The notes beneath the pieces are model-generated. The model saw nothing but the letters and a program-made list of their open reading frames with translations, was not told the DNA's origin and did not search any database. A DNA stretch of 64,000 nucleotides. Source: Eledone cirrhosa. Lineage: Eukaryota. This document shows positions 1 through 15,000 of this stretch, one piece after another; position 1 is the stretch's first letter, and every line of letters starts with the position of its first letter. The stretch lies in contig OZ024741.1 of the NCBI GenBank assembly GCA_964016885.1, positions 403,682,001-403,746,000 of the forward strand, read 5' to 3'. A program made the position numbers and the translations under genes.

Positions 1-3000
1 CATGGAGCTGTCATAAGGTCATATGATCTGTATCTTCATGGAGCTGTCATAAGGTCATATGATCTGTATCTTCATGGAGCTGTCATCATGTCTTATGATC
101 TGTATCTTCATGGAGCTATCATAAGGTCATATGATCTGTATCTTCATGGAGCTGTCATAAGGTCATATGATCTGTATCTTCATGGAGCTATCATAAGGTC
201 ATATGATCTGTATCTTCATGGAGCTGTCATAAGGTCATATGATCTGTATCTTCATGGAGCTATCATAAGGTCATATGATCCGTATCTTCATGGAACTGTC
301 ATAATGTCATATGATCTGTATCTTCATGGAGCTGTCATCATGTCATATGATCTGTATCTTCATGGAGCTGTCATAATGTCATATGATCTGTATCTTCATG
401 GAGCTGTCATCATGTCATATGATCTGTATCTTCATGGAGCTGTCATAAGGTCATATGATCTGTATCTTCATGGAGCTGTCATAAGGTCATATGATCTGTA
501 TCTTCATGGAGCTGTCATCATGTCATATGATCTGTATCTTCATGGAGCTGTCATAAGGTCATATGATCTGTATCTTCATGGAGCTGTCATCATGTCATAT
601 GATCTGTATCTTCATGGAGCTATCATAAGGTCATCTGATCTGTATCTTCATGGAGCTTTCATAAGGTCATATGATCTGTATCTTCATGGAGCTATCATAA
701 GGTCATATGATCTGTATCTTCATGGAGCTGTCATAAGGTCATATGATCTGTATCTTCATGGAGCTATCATAAGGTCATATGATCTGTATCTTCATGGAGC
801 TGTCATCATGTCATATGATCTGTATCTTCATGGAGCTGTCATCATGTCATATGATCTGTATCTTCATGGAGCTGTCATAAGGTCATATGATCTGTATCTT
901 CATGGAGCTGTCATCATGTCATATGATCTGTGTCTTCATGGAGCTATCATAAGGTCATATGATCTGTATCTTCATGGAGCTGTCATAAGGTCATATGATC
1001 TGTATCTTCATGGAGCTATCATAAGGTCATATGATCTGTATCTTCATGGAGCTGTCATCATGTCATATGATCTGTATCTTCATGGAGCTGTCATCATGTC
1101 ATATGATCTGTATCTTCATGGAGCTGTCATAAGGTCATATGATCTGTATCTTCATGGAGCTGTCATAAGGTCATATGATCTGTATCTTCATGGAGCTGTC
1201 ATCATGTCATATGATCTGTATCTTCATGGAGCTGTCATAAGGTCATATGTTCTGTATCTTCATGGAGCTATCATAAGGTCATATGATCTGTATCTTCATG
1301 GAGCTGTCATAAGGTCATATGATCTGTATCTTCATGGAGCTATCATAAGGTCATATGATCTGTATCTTCATGGAGCTGTCATAAGGTCATATGATCTGTA
1401 TCTTCATGGAGCTGTCATAAGGCCATATGTTCTGTATCTTCATGGAGCTATCATCATGTCATATGTTCTGTATTTTCATGGAGCTGTCATCATGTCATAT
1501 GATCTGTATCTTCATGGAGCTGTCATCATGTCATATGATCTGTATCTTCATGGAGCTGTCATAAGGTCATATGTTCTGTATCTTCATGGAGATGGCATCA
1601 TGTCATATGTTCTGTATCTTCATGGAGCTGTCATAAGGTCATATGATCTGTATCTTCATGGAGCTGTCATAAGGTCATATGATCTGTATCTTCATGGAGC
1701 TGTCATAAGGTCATATGATCTGTATCTTCACGGAGCTGTCATCATGTCTTATGATCTGTATCTTCATGGAGCTGTTATCATGTCATATGATCTGTATCTT
1801 CATGGAGCTGTCATAAGGTCATATGATCTGTATCTTCATGGAGCTGTCATCATGTCACATGATCTGTATCTTCATGGAGCTGTCATAAGGTCATATGATC
1901 TGTATCTTCATGGAGCTGTCATAAGGTCATATGATCTGTATCTTCATGGAGCTGTCATCATGTCATATGATCTGTATCTTCATGGAGCTGTCATAAGGTC
2001 ATATGATGTGTATCTTAATGGAGCTGTCATCATGTCATATGATCTGTATCTTCATGGAGCTGTCATAAGGTCATATGATCTGTATCTTCACGGAGCTGTC
2101 ATCATGTCTTATGATCTGTATCTTCATGGAGCTGTTATCATGTCATATGATCTGTATCTTCATGGAGCTGTCATAATGTCATATGATCTGTATCTTCATG
2201 GAGCTGTCATCATGTCATATGATCTGTATCTTCATGGTGCTGTCATCATGTCATATGATCTGTATCTTCATGGAGCTGTCATAAGGTCATATGTTCTGTA
2301 TCTTCACGGAGCTGTCATCATGTCATATGATCTGTATCTTCATGGAGCTGTCATAAGGTCATATGTTCTGTATCTTCACGGAGCTGTCATCATGTCATAT
2401 GATCTGTATCTTCATGGAGCTGTCATCATGTCATATGATCTGTATCTTCATGGAGCTGTCATCATGTCATATGATCTGTATCTTCATGGAGCTGTCATAA
2501 GGTCATATGATCTGTATCTTCATGGAGCTGTCATAAGGTCATATGATCTGTATCTTCATGGAGCTGTCATAAGGTCATATGTTCTGTATCTTCATGGAGC
2601 TGTCATAAGGTCATATGTTCTGTATATTCATGGAGCTGTCATAAGGTCATATGATCTGTATCTTCATGGAGCTGTCATCATTCATATGATCTGTATCTTC
2701 ATGGAGCTGTCATAAGGTCATATGATCTGTATCTTCATGGAGCTGTCATAAGGTCATATGATCTGTATCTTCATGGAGCTGTTATCATGTCATGTGATCT
2801 GTATCTTCATGGAGCTGTCATAAGGTCATATGATCTGTATCTTCATGGAGCTGTCATAAGGTCATATGATCTGTATCTTCATGGAGCTGTTATCATGTCA
2901 TATGTTCTGTATCTTCATGGAGCTGTCATAAGGTCATATGTTCTGTATCTTCATGGAGCTGTCATAAGGTCATATGATCTGTATCTTCATGGAGCTGTTA

Positions 3001-6000
3001 TCATGTCATATGTTCTGTATCTTCATGGAGCTGTCATAAGGTCATATGTTCTGTATCTTCATGGAGCTGTCATAAGGTCATATGATCTGTATCTTCATGG
3101 AGCTATCATAAGGTCATATGTTCTGTATCTTCATGGAGCTGTCATCATGTCATATGATCTGTATCTTCATGGAGCTGTCATAAGGTCATATGTTCTGTAT
3201 CTTCAAGGAGCTGTCATCATGTCATATGATCTGTATCTTCATGGAGCTGTCATAAGGTCATATGATCTGTATCTTCATGGAGCTGTCATCATGTCATATG
3301 ATCTGTATCTTCATGGAGCTGTCATCATGTCATATGATCTGTATCTTCATGGAGCTGTCATAAGGTCATATGATCTGTATCTTCATGGAGCTGTCATAAG
3401 GTCATATGATCTGTATCTTCATGGAGCTGTCATCATGTCATATGATCTGTATCTTCATGGAGCTATCATAAGGTCATATGATCTGTATCTTCATGGAGCT
3501 GTCATAAGGTCATATGATCTGTATCTTCATGGATCTGTCATAAGGTCATATGATCTGTATCTTCATGGAGCTATCATAAGGTCATATGATCTGTATCTTC
3601 ATGGAGCTGTCATCATGTCATATGTTCTGTATCTTCATGGAGCTGTCATAAGGTCATATGATCTGTATCTTCATGGAGCTGTCATCATGTCATATGTTCT
3701 GTATCTTCATGGAGCTGTCATCATGTCATATGATCTGTATCTTCATGGAGCTGTCATCATGTCATATGATCTGTATCTTCATGGAGCTGTCATCATGTCA
3801 TATGATCTGTATCTTCATGGAGCTGTCATGAGGTCATATGTTCTGTATCTTCATGGAGCTGTCATCATGTCATATGATCTGTATCTTCATGGAGCTGTCA
3901 TAAGGTCATATGTTCTGTATCTTCATGGAGCTGTCATAAGGTCATATGATCTGTATCTTCATGGATCTATCATAAGGTCATATGTTCTGTATCTTCATGG
4001 AGCTGTCATAAGGTCATATGTTCTGTATCTTCATGGAGCTGTCATAAGGTCATATGTTCTGTATCTTAATGGAGCTGTCATAAGGTCATATGTTCTGTAT
4101 CTTCATGGAGCTGTCATCAGGTCATATGATCTGTATCTTCATGGAGCTGTCATAAGGTCATATGTTCTGTATCTTCATAGAGCTGTCATAAGGTCATATG
4201 ATCTGTATCTTCATGGAGCTGTCATAAGGTCATATGATCTGTATCTTCATGGAGCTGTCATCATGTCATATGATCTGTATCTTCATGGAGCTGTCATAAG
4301 GTCATATGATCTGTATCTTCATGGAGCTGTCATAAGGTCATATGATCTGTATCTTCATGGAGCTGTCATCATGTCATATGATCTGTATCTTCATGGAGCT
4401 GTCATAAGGTCATATGATCTGTATCTTCATGGAGCTGTCATCATGTCATATGATCTGTATCTTCATGGAGCTGTCATAAGGTCATATGATCTGTATCTTC
4501 ATGGAGCTGTCATCATGTCATATGATCTGTGTCTTCATGGAGCTATCATAAGGTCATATGATCTGTATCTTCATGGAGCTGTCATAAGGTCATATGATCT
4601 GTATCTTCATGGAGCTATCATAAGGTCATATGATCTGTATCTTCATGGAGCTGTCATAAGGTCATATGGTCTGTATCTTCATGGAGCTGTCATAAGGCCA
4701 TATGTTCTGTATCTTCATGGAGCTGTCATCATGTCATATGATCTGTATCTTCATGGAGCTGTCATCATGTCATATGATCTGTATCTTCATGGAGCTGTCA
4801 TAAGGTCATATGATCTGTATCTTCATGGAGCTGTCATAAGGTCATATGATCTGTATCTTCATGGAGCTGTCATCATGTCATATGATCTGTATCTTCATGG
4901 AGCTGTCATAAGGTCATATGTTCTGTATCTTCATGGAGCTATCATAAGGTCATATGATCTGTATCTTCATGGAGCTGTCATAAGGTCATATGATCTGTAT
5001 CTTCATGGAGCTATCATAAGGTCATATGATCTGTATCTTCATGGAGCTGTCATAAGGTCATATGATCTGTATCTTCATGGAGCTGTCATAAGGCCATATG
5101 TTCTGTATCTTCATGGAGCTATCATCATGTCATATGTTCTGTATTTTCATGGAGCTGTCATCATGTCATATGATCTGTATCTTCATGGAGCTGTCATCAT
5201 GTCATATGATCTGTATCTTCATGGAGCTGTCATAAGGTCATATGTTCTGTATCTTCATGGAGATGGCATCATGTCATATGTTCTGTATCTTCATGGAGCT
5301 GTCATAAGGTCATATGATCTGTATCTTCATGGAGCTGTCATAAGGTCATATGATCTGTATCTTCATGGAGCTGTCATAAGGTCATATGATCTGTATCTTC
5401 ACGGAGCTGTCATCATGTCTTATGATCTGTATCTTCATGGAGCTGTTATCATGTCATATGATCTGTATCTTCATGGAGCTGTCATAAGGTCATATGATCT
5501 GTATCTTCATGGAGCTGTCATCATGTCACATGATCTGTATCTTCATGGAGCTGTCATAAGGTCATATGATCTGTATCTTCATGGAGCTGTCATAAGGTCA
5601 TATGATCTGTATCTTCATGGAGCTGTCATCATGTCATATGATCTGTATCTTCATGGAGCTGTCATAAGGTCATATGATGTGTATCTTCATGGAGCTGTCA
5701 TCATGTCATATGATCTGTATCTTCATGGAGCTGTCATAAGGTCATATGATCTGTATCTTCACGGAGCTGTCATCATGTCTTATGATCTGTATCTTCATGG
5801 AGCTGTTATCATGTCATATGATCTGTATCTTCATGGAGCTGTCATAATGTCATATGATCTGTATCTTCATGGAGCTGTCATCATGTCATATGATCTGTAT
5901 CTTCATGGAGCTGTCATCATGTCATATGATCTGTATCTTCATGGAGCTGTCATAAGGTCATATGTTCTGTATCTTCACGGAGCTGTCATCATGTCATATG

Positions 6001-9000
6001 ATCTGTATCTTCATGGAGCTGTCATAAGGTCATATGTTCTGTATCTTCACGGAGCTGTCATCATGTCATATGATCTGTATCTTCATGGAGCTGTCATCAT
6101 GTCATATGATCTGTATCTTCATGGAGCTGTCATCATGTCATATGATCTGTATCTTCATGGAGCTGTCATAAGGTCATATGATCTGTATCTTCATGGAGCT
6201 GTCATAAGGTCATATGATCTGTATCTTCATGGAGCTGTCATAAGGTCATATGTTCTGTATCTTCATGGAGCTGTCATAAGGTCATATGTTCTGTATATTC
6301 ATGGAGCTGTCATAAGGTCATATGATCTGTATCTTCATGGAGCTGTCATCATTCATATGATCTGTATCTTCATGGAGCTGTCATAAGGTCATATGATCTG
6401 TATCTTCATGGAGCTGTCATAAGGTCATATGATCTGTATCTTCATGGAGCTGTTATCATGTCATGTGATCTGTATCTTCATGGAGCTGTCATAAGGTCAT
6501 ATGATCTGTATCTTCATGGAGCTGTCATAAGGTCATATGATCTGTATCTACATGGAGCTGTTATCATGTCATATGTTCTGTATCTTCATGGAGCTGTCAT
6601 AAGGTCATATGTTCTGTATCTTCATGGAGCTGTCATAAGGTCATATGTTCTGTATCTTCATGGAGCTGTCATAAGATCATATGATCTGTATCTTCATGGA
6701 GCTGTCATCATGTCATATGTTCTGTATCTTCATGGAGCTGTCATAAGGTCATATGTTCTGTATCTTCATGGAGCTGTCATAAGGTCATATGATCTGTATC
6801 TTCATGGAGCTATCATAAGGTCATATGTTCTGTATCTTCATGGAGCTGTCATCATGTCATATGATCTGTATCTTCATGGAGCTGTCATAAGGTCATATGT
6901 TCTGTATCTTCAAGGAGCTGTCATCATGTCATATGATCTGTATCTTCATGGAGCTGTCATAAGGTCATATGATCTGTATCTTCATGGAGCTGTCATCATG
7001 TCATATGATCTGTATCTTCATGGAGCTGTCATCATGTCATATGATCTGTATCTTCATGGAGCTGTCATAAGGTCATATGATCTATATCTTCATGGAGCTG
7101 TCATAAGGTCATATGATCTGTATCTTCATGGAGCTGTCATCATGTCATATGATCTGTATCTTCATGGAGCTATCATAAGGTCATATGATCTGTATCTTCA
7201 TGGAGCTGTCATAAGGTCATATGATCTGTATCTTCATGGATCTGTCATAAGGTCATATGATCTGTATCTTCATGGAGCTATCATAAGGTCATATGATCTG
7301 TATCTTCATGGAGCTGTCATCATGTCATATGTTCTGTATCTTCATGGAGCTGTCATAAGGTCATATGATCTGTATCTTCATGGAGCTGTCATCATGTCAT
7401 ATGTTCTGTATCTTCATGGAGCTGTCATCATGTCATATGATCTGTATCTTCATGGAGCTGTCATCATGTCATATGATCTGTATCTTCATGGAGCTGTCAT
7501 CATGTCATATGATCTGTATCTTCATGGAGCTGTCATGAGGTCATATGTTCTGTATCTTCATGGAGCTGTCATCATGTCATATGATCTGTATCTTCATGGA
7601 GCTGTCATAAGGTCATATGTTCTGTATCTTCATGGAGCTGTCATAAGGTCATATGATCTGTATCTTCATGGATCTATCATAAGGTCATATGTTCTGTATC
7701 TTCATGGAGCTGTCATAAGGTCATATGTTCTGTATCTTCATGGAGCTGTCATAAGGTCATATGTTCTGTATCTTAATGGAGCTGTCATAAGGTCATATGT
7801 TCTGTATCTTCATGGAGCTGTCATCATGTCATATGATCTGTATCTTCATGGAGCTGTCATAAGGTCCTATGTTCTGTATCTTCATGGAGCTGTCATAAGG
7901 TCATATGATCTGTATCTTCATGGAGCTGTCATAAGGTCATATGATCTGTATCTTCATGGAGCTGTCATCATGTCATATGATCTGTATCTTCATGGAGCTG
8001 TCATAAGGTCATATGATCTGTATCTTCATGGAGCTGTCATAAGGTCATATGATCTGTATCTTCATGGAGCTGTCATCATGTCATATGATCTGTATCTTCA
8101 TGGAGCTGTCATAAGGTCATATGATCTGTATCTTCATGGAGCTGTCATCATGTCATATGATCTGTATCTTCATGGAGCTATCATAAGGTCATATGATCTG
8201 TATCTTCATGGAGCTGTCATAAGGTCATATGATCTGTATCTTCATGGAGCTATCATAAGGTCATATGATCTGTATCTTCATGGAGCTGTCATAAGGTCAT
8301 ATGATCTGTATCTTCATGGAGCTATCATAAGGTCATATGATCTGTATCTTCATGGAGCTGTCATCATGTCATATGATCTGTATCTTCATGGAGCTGTCAT
8401 CATGTCATATGATCTGTATCTTCATGGAGCTGTCATAAGGTCATATGATCTGTATCTTCATGGAGCTGTCATAAGGTCATATGATCTGTATCTTCATGGA
8501 GCTGTCATCATGTCATATGATCTGTATCTTCATGGAGCTGTCATAAGGTCATATGTTCTGTATCTTCATGGAGCTATCATAAGGTCATATGATCTGTATC
8601 TTCATGGAGCTGTCATAAGGTCATATGATCTGTATCTTCATGGAGCTATCATAAGGTCATATGATCTGTATCTTCATGGAGCTGTCATAAGGTCATATGG
8701 TCTGTATCTTCATGGAGCTGTCATAAGGCCATATGTTCTGTATCTTCATGGAGCTATCATCATGTCATATGTTCTGTATCTTCATGGAGCTGTCATCATG
8801 TCATATGATCTGTATCTTCATGGAGCTGTCATCATGTCATATGATCTGTATCTTCATGGAGCTGTCATCATGTCATATGATCTGTATCTTCATGGAGCTG
8901 TCATAAGGTCATATGTTCTGTATCTTCATGGAGATGTCATCATGTCATATGTTCTGTATCTTCATGGAGCTGTCATAAGGTCATATGATCTGTATCTTCA

Positions 9001-12000
9001 TGGAGCTGTCATAAGGTCATATGATCTGTATCTTCATGGAGCTGTCATAAGGTCATATGATCTGTATCTTCACGGAGCTGTCATCATGTCTTATGATCTG
9101 TATCTTCAAGGAGCTGTTATCATGTCATATGATCTGTATCTTCATGGAGCTGTCATAAGGTCATATGATCTGTATCTTCATGGAGCTGTCATCATGTCAT
9201 ATGATCTGTATCTTCATGGAGCTGTCATAAGGTCATATGATCTGTATCTTCATGGAGCTGTCATAAGGTCATATGATCTGTATCTTCATGGAGCTGTCAT
9301 CATGTCATATGATCTGTATCTTCATGGAGCTGTCATAAGGTCATATGATCTGTATCTTCATGGAGCTGTCATCATGTCATATGATCTGTATCTTCATGGA
9401 GCTGTCATAAGGTCATATGATCTGTATCTTCACGGAGCTGTCATCATGTCTTATGATCTGTATCTTCATGGAGCTGTTATCATGTCATATGATCTGTATC
9501 TTCATGGAGCTGTCATAAGGTCATATGATCTGTATCTTCATGGAGCTGTCATCATGTCATATGATCTGTATCTTCATGGAGCTGTCATCATGTCATATGA
9601 TCTGTATCTTCATGGAGCTGTCATAAGGTCATATGTTCTGTATCTTCACGGAGCTGTCATCATGTCATATGATCTGTATCTTCATGGAGTTGTCATAAGG
9701 TCATATGTTCTGTATCTTCACGGAGCTGTCATCATGTCATATGATCTGTATCTTCATGGAGCTGTCATCATGTCATATGATCTGTATCTTCATGGAGCTG
9801 TCATAAGGTCATATGATCTGTATCTTCATGGACCTGTCATAAGGTCATATGATCTGTATCTTCATGGAGCTGTCATAAGGTCATATGATCTGTATCTTCA
9901 TGGAGCTGTTATCATGTCATATGTTCTGTATCTTCATGGAGCTGTCATCATGTCATATGATCTGTATCTTCATGGAACTGTCATCATGTCATATGATCTG
10001 TATCTTCATGGAGCTGTCATAAGGTCATATGATCTGTATCTTCATGGAGCTGTCATAAGGTCATATGATCTGTATCTTCATGGAGCTGTTATCATGTCAT
10101 ATGATCTGTATCTTCATGGAGCTGTCATAAGGTCATATGATCTGTATCTTCATGGAGCTGTCATAAGGTCATATGATCTGTATCTTCATGGAGCTGTCAT
10201 CATGTCATATGATCTGTATCTTCATGGAGCTGTCATAAGGTCTTATGTTCTGTATCTTCATGGAGCTGTCATAAGGTCATATGAGCTGTATCTTCATGGA
10301 GCTGTTATCATGTCATATGTTCTGTATCTTCATGGAGCTGTCATAAGGTCATATGTTCTGTATCTTCATGGAGCTGTCATAAGGTCATATGATCTGTATC
10401 TTCATGGAGCTATCATAAGGTCATATGTTCTGTATCTTCATGGAGCTGTCATCATGTCATATGATCTGTATCTTCATGGAGCTGTCATAAGGTCTTATGT
10501 TCTGTATCTTCATGGAGCTGTCATAAGGTCATATGATCTGTATCTTCATGGAGCTGTTATCATGTCATATGATCTGTATCTTCATGGAGCTGTCATCATG
10601 TCATATGTTCTGTATCTTCAAGGAGCTGTCATCATGTCATATGTTCTGTATCTTCATGGAGCTGTCATAAGGTCATATGTTCTGTATCTTCATTGAGCTG
10701 TCATAAGGTCATATGTTCTGTATCTTCATGGAGCTGTTATCATGTCATATGATCTGTATCTTCATGGAGCTGTTATCATGTCATATGATCTGTATCTTCA
10801 CGGAGCTGTCATAAGGTCATATGTTCTGTATCTTCATTGAGCTGTCATAAGGTCATATGATCTGTATCTTCATGGATCTATCATAAGGTCATATGTTCTG
10901 TATCTTCATGGAGCTGTCATAAGGTCATATGATCTGTATCTTCACGGAGCTGTCATAAGGTCATATGTTCTGTATCTTCATGGAGCTGTCATAAGGTCAT
11001 ATGATCTGTATCTTCATGGAGCTGTCATAAGGTCATATGATCTGTATCTTCATGGAGCTGTTATCATGTCATATGTTCTGTATCTTCGGGGAGCTGTCAT
11101 AAGGTCATATGATCTGTATCTTCATGGAGCTGTCATCATGTCATATGATCTGTATCTTCATGGAGCTGTCATCATGTCATATGATCTGTATCTTCATGGA
11201 GCTGTCATGAGGTCATATGATCTGTATCTTCATGGAGCTGTCATCATGTCATATGTTCTGTATCTTCATGGAGCTGTCATCATGTCATATGATCTGTATC
11301 TTCATGGAGCTGTCATAAGGTCATATGATCTGTATCTTCATGGAGCTGTCATCATGTCATATGTTCTGTATCTTCATGGAGCTGTCATCATGTCATATGA
11401 TCTGTATCTTCATGGAGCTGTCATTATGTCATATGATCTGTATCTTCATGGAGCTGTCATAAGGTCATATGATCTGTATCTTCATGGAGCTGTCATCATG
11501 TCATATGTTCTGTATCTTCATGGAGCTGTCATCATGTCACATGATCTGTATCTTCATGGAGCTGTCATAAGGTCATATGATCTGTATCTTCATGGAGCTG
11601 TCATAAGGTCATATGATCTGTATCTTCATGGAGCTGTCATCATGTCATATGATCTGTATCTTCATGGAGCTGTCATCATGTCATATGATCTGTATCTTCA
11701 TGGAGCTGTCATGAGGTCATATGTTCTGTATCTTCATGGAGCTGTCATCATGTCATATGATCTGTATCTTCATGGAGCTGTCATAAGGTCATATGTTCTG
11801 TATCTTCATGGAGCTGTCATAAGGTCATATGTTCTGTATCTTCATGGAGCTGTCATAAGGTCATATGATCTGTATCTTCATGGATCTATCATAAGGTCAT
11901 ATGTTCTGTATCTTCATGGAGCTGTCATAAGGTCATATGTTCTGTATCTTAATGGAGCTGTCATAAGGTCATATGTTCTGTATCTTCATGGAGCTGTCAT

Positions 12001-15000
12001 AAGGTCATATGTTCTGTATCTTAATGGAGCTGTCATAAGATCATATGTTCTGTATCTTCATGGAGCTGTCATCATGTCATATGATCTGTATCTTCATGGA
12101 GCTGTCATAAGGTCATATGATCTGTATCTTCATGGAGCTGTCATCATGTCATATGATCTGTATCTTCATGGAGCTGTCATCATGTCATATGTTCTGTATC
12201 TTCATGGAGCTGTCATCATGTCATATGATCTGTATCTTCATGGAGCTGTCATAAGGTCATATGATCTGTATCTTCATGGAGCTGTCATAATGTCATATGA
12301 TCTGTATCTTCATGGAGCTGTCATAAGGTCATATGATCTGTATCTTCATGGAGCTGTCATAAGGTCATATGATCTGTATCTTCATGGAGCTGTCATCATG
12401 TCATATGATCTGTATCTTCATGGAGCTGTCATAAGGTCATATGATCTATATCTTCATGGAGCTGTCATCATGTCATATGATCTGTATCTTCATGGAGCTA
12501 TCATAAGGTCATATGATCTGTATCTTCATGGAGCTGTCATAAGGTCATATGATCTGTATCTTCATGGAGCTATCATAAGGTCATATGATCTGTATCTTCA
12601 TGGAGCTGTCATCATGTCATATGATCTGTATCTTCATGGAGCTATCATAAGGTCATATGATCTGTATCTTCATGGAGCTGTCATCATGTCATATGATCTG
12701 TATCTTCATGGAGCTGTCATCATGTCATATGATCTGTATCTTCATGGAGCTGTCATAAGGTCATATGATCTGTATCTTCATGGAGCTGTCATAAGGTCAT
12801 ATGATCTGTATCTTCATGGAGCTGTCATCATGTCATATGATCTGTATCTTCATGAAGCTGTCATAAGGTCATATGTTCTGTATCTTCATGGAGCTATCAT
12901 AAGGTCATATGATCTGTATCTTCATGGAGCTGTCATAAGGTCATATGATCTGTATCTTCATGGAGCTATCATAAGGTCATATGATCTGTATCTTCATGGA
13001 GCTGTCATAAGGTCATATGGTCTGTATCTTCATGGAGCTGTCATAAGGCCATATGTTCTGTATCTTCATGGAGCTATCATCATGTCATATGTTCTGTATC
13101 TTCATGGAGCTGTCATCATGTCATATGATCTGTATCTTCATGGAGCTGTCATCATGTCATATGATCTGTATCTTCATGGAGCTGTCATCATGTCATATGA
13201 TCTGTATCTTCATGGAGCTGTCATAAGGTCATATGTTCTGTATCTTCATGGAGATGTCATCATGTCATATGTTCTGTATCTTCATGGAGCTGTCATAAGG
13301 TCATATGATCTGTATCTTCATGGAGCTGTCATAAGGTCATATGATCTGTATCTTCATGGAGCTGTCATAAGGTCATATGATCTGTATCTTCACGGAGCTG
13401 TCATCATGTCTTATGATCTGTATCTTCATGGAGCTGTTATCATGTCATATGATCTGTATCTTCATGGAGCTGTCATAAGGTCATATGATCTGTATCTTCA
13501 TGGAGCTGTCATCATGTCATATGATCTGTATCTTCATGGAGCTGTCATAAGGTCATATGATCTGTATCTTCATGGAGCTGTCATAAGGTCATATGATCTG
13601 TATCTTCATGGAGCTGTCATCATGTCATATGATCTGTATCTTCATGGAGCTGTCATAAGGTCATATGATCTGTATCTTCATGGAGCTGTCATCATGTCAT
13701 ATGATCTGTATCTTCATGGAGCTGTCATAAGGTCATATGATCTGTATCTTCACGGAGCTGTCATCATGTCTTATGATCTGTATCTTCATGGAGCTGTCAT
13801 CATGTCATATGATCTGTATCTTCATGGAGCTGTCATAAGGTCATATGTTCTGTATCTTCATGGAGCTGTCATCATGTCATATGATCTGTATCTTCATGGA
13901 GCTGTCATAAGGTCATATGTTCTGTATCTTCATGGAGCTGTTATCATGTCATATGATCTGTATCTTCGTGGAGCTGTCATAAGGTCATATGATCTGTATC
14001 TTCATGGAGCTGTCATCATGTCATATGATCTGTATCTTCATGGAGCTGTCATCATGTCATATGATCTGTATCTTCATGGAGCTGTCATAAGGTCATATGT
14101 TCTGTATCTTCACGGAGCTGTCATCATGTCATATGATCTGTATCTTCATGGAGCTGTCATCATGTCATATGTTCTGTATCTTCATGGAGCTGTCATAAGG
14201 TCATATGATCTGTATCTTCATGGAGCTGTCATCATGTCATATGATCTGTATCTTCATGGAGCTGTCATGAGGTCATAGATCTGTATCTTCATGGAGCTGT
14301 CATAAGGTCATATGATCTGTATCTTCATGGAGCTGTCATAAGGTCATATGTTCTGTATCTTCACGGAGCTGTCATCATGTCATATGATCTGTATCTTCAT
14401 GGAGCTGTCATCATGTCATATGTTCTGTATCTTCATGGAGCTGTCATAAGGTCATATGATCTGTATCTTCATGGAGCTGTCATCATGTCATATGATCTGT
14501 ATCTTCATGGAGCTGTCATCATGTCATATGATCTGTATCTTCATGGAGCTGTCATAAGGTCATATGATCTGTATCTTCATGGAGCTGTCATAAGGTCATA
14601 TGATCTGTATCTTCATGGAGCTGTTATCATGTCATATGATCTGTATCTTCATGGAGCTGTCATAAGGTCATATGATCTGTATCTTCATGGAGCTGTCATA
14701 AGGTCATATGTTCTGTATCTTCATGGAGCTGTCATAAGGTCATATGTTCTGTATCTTCATGGAGCTGTCATAAGGTCATATGATCTGTATCTTCATGGAG
14801 CTGTCATCATGTCATATGTTCTGTATCTTCATGGAGCTGTCATAAGGTCATATGTTCTGTATCTTCATGGAGCTGTCATAAGGTCATATGATCTGTATCT
14901 TCATGGAGCTATCATAAGGTCATATGTTCTGTATCTTCATGGAGCTGTCATCATGTCATATGATCTGTATCTTCATGGAGCTGTCATCATGTCATATGTT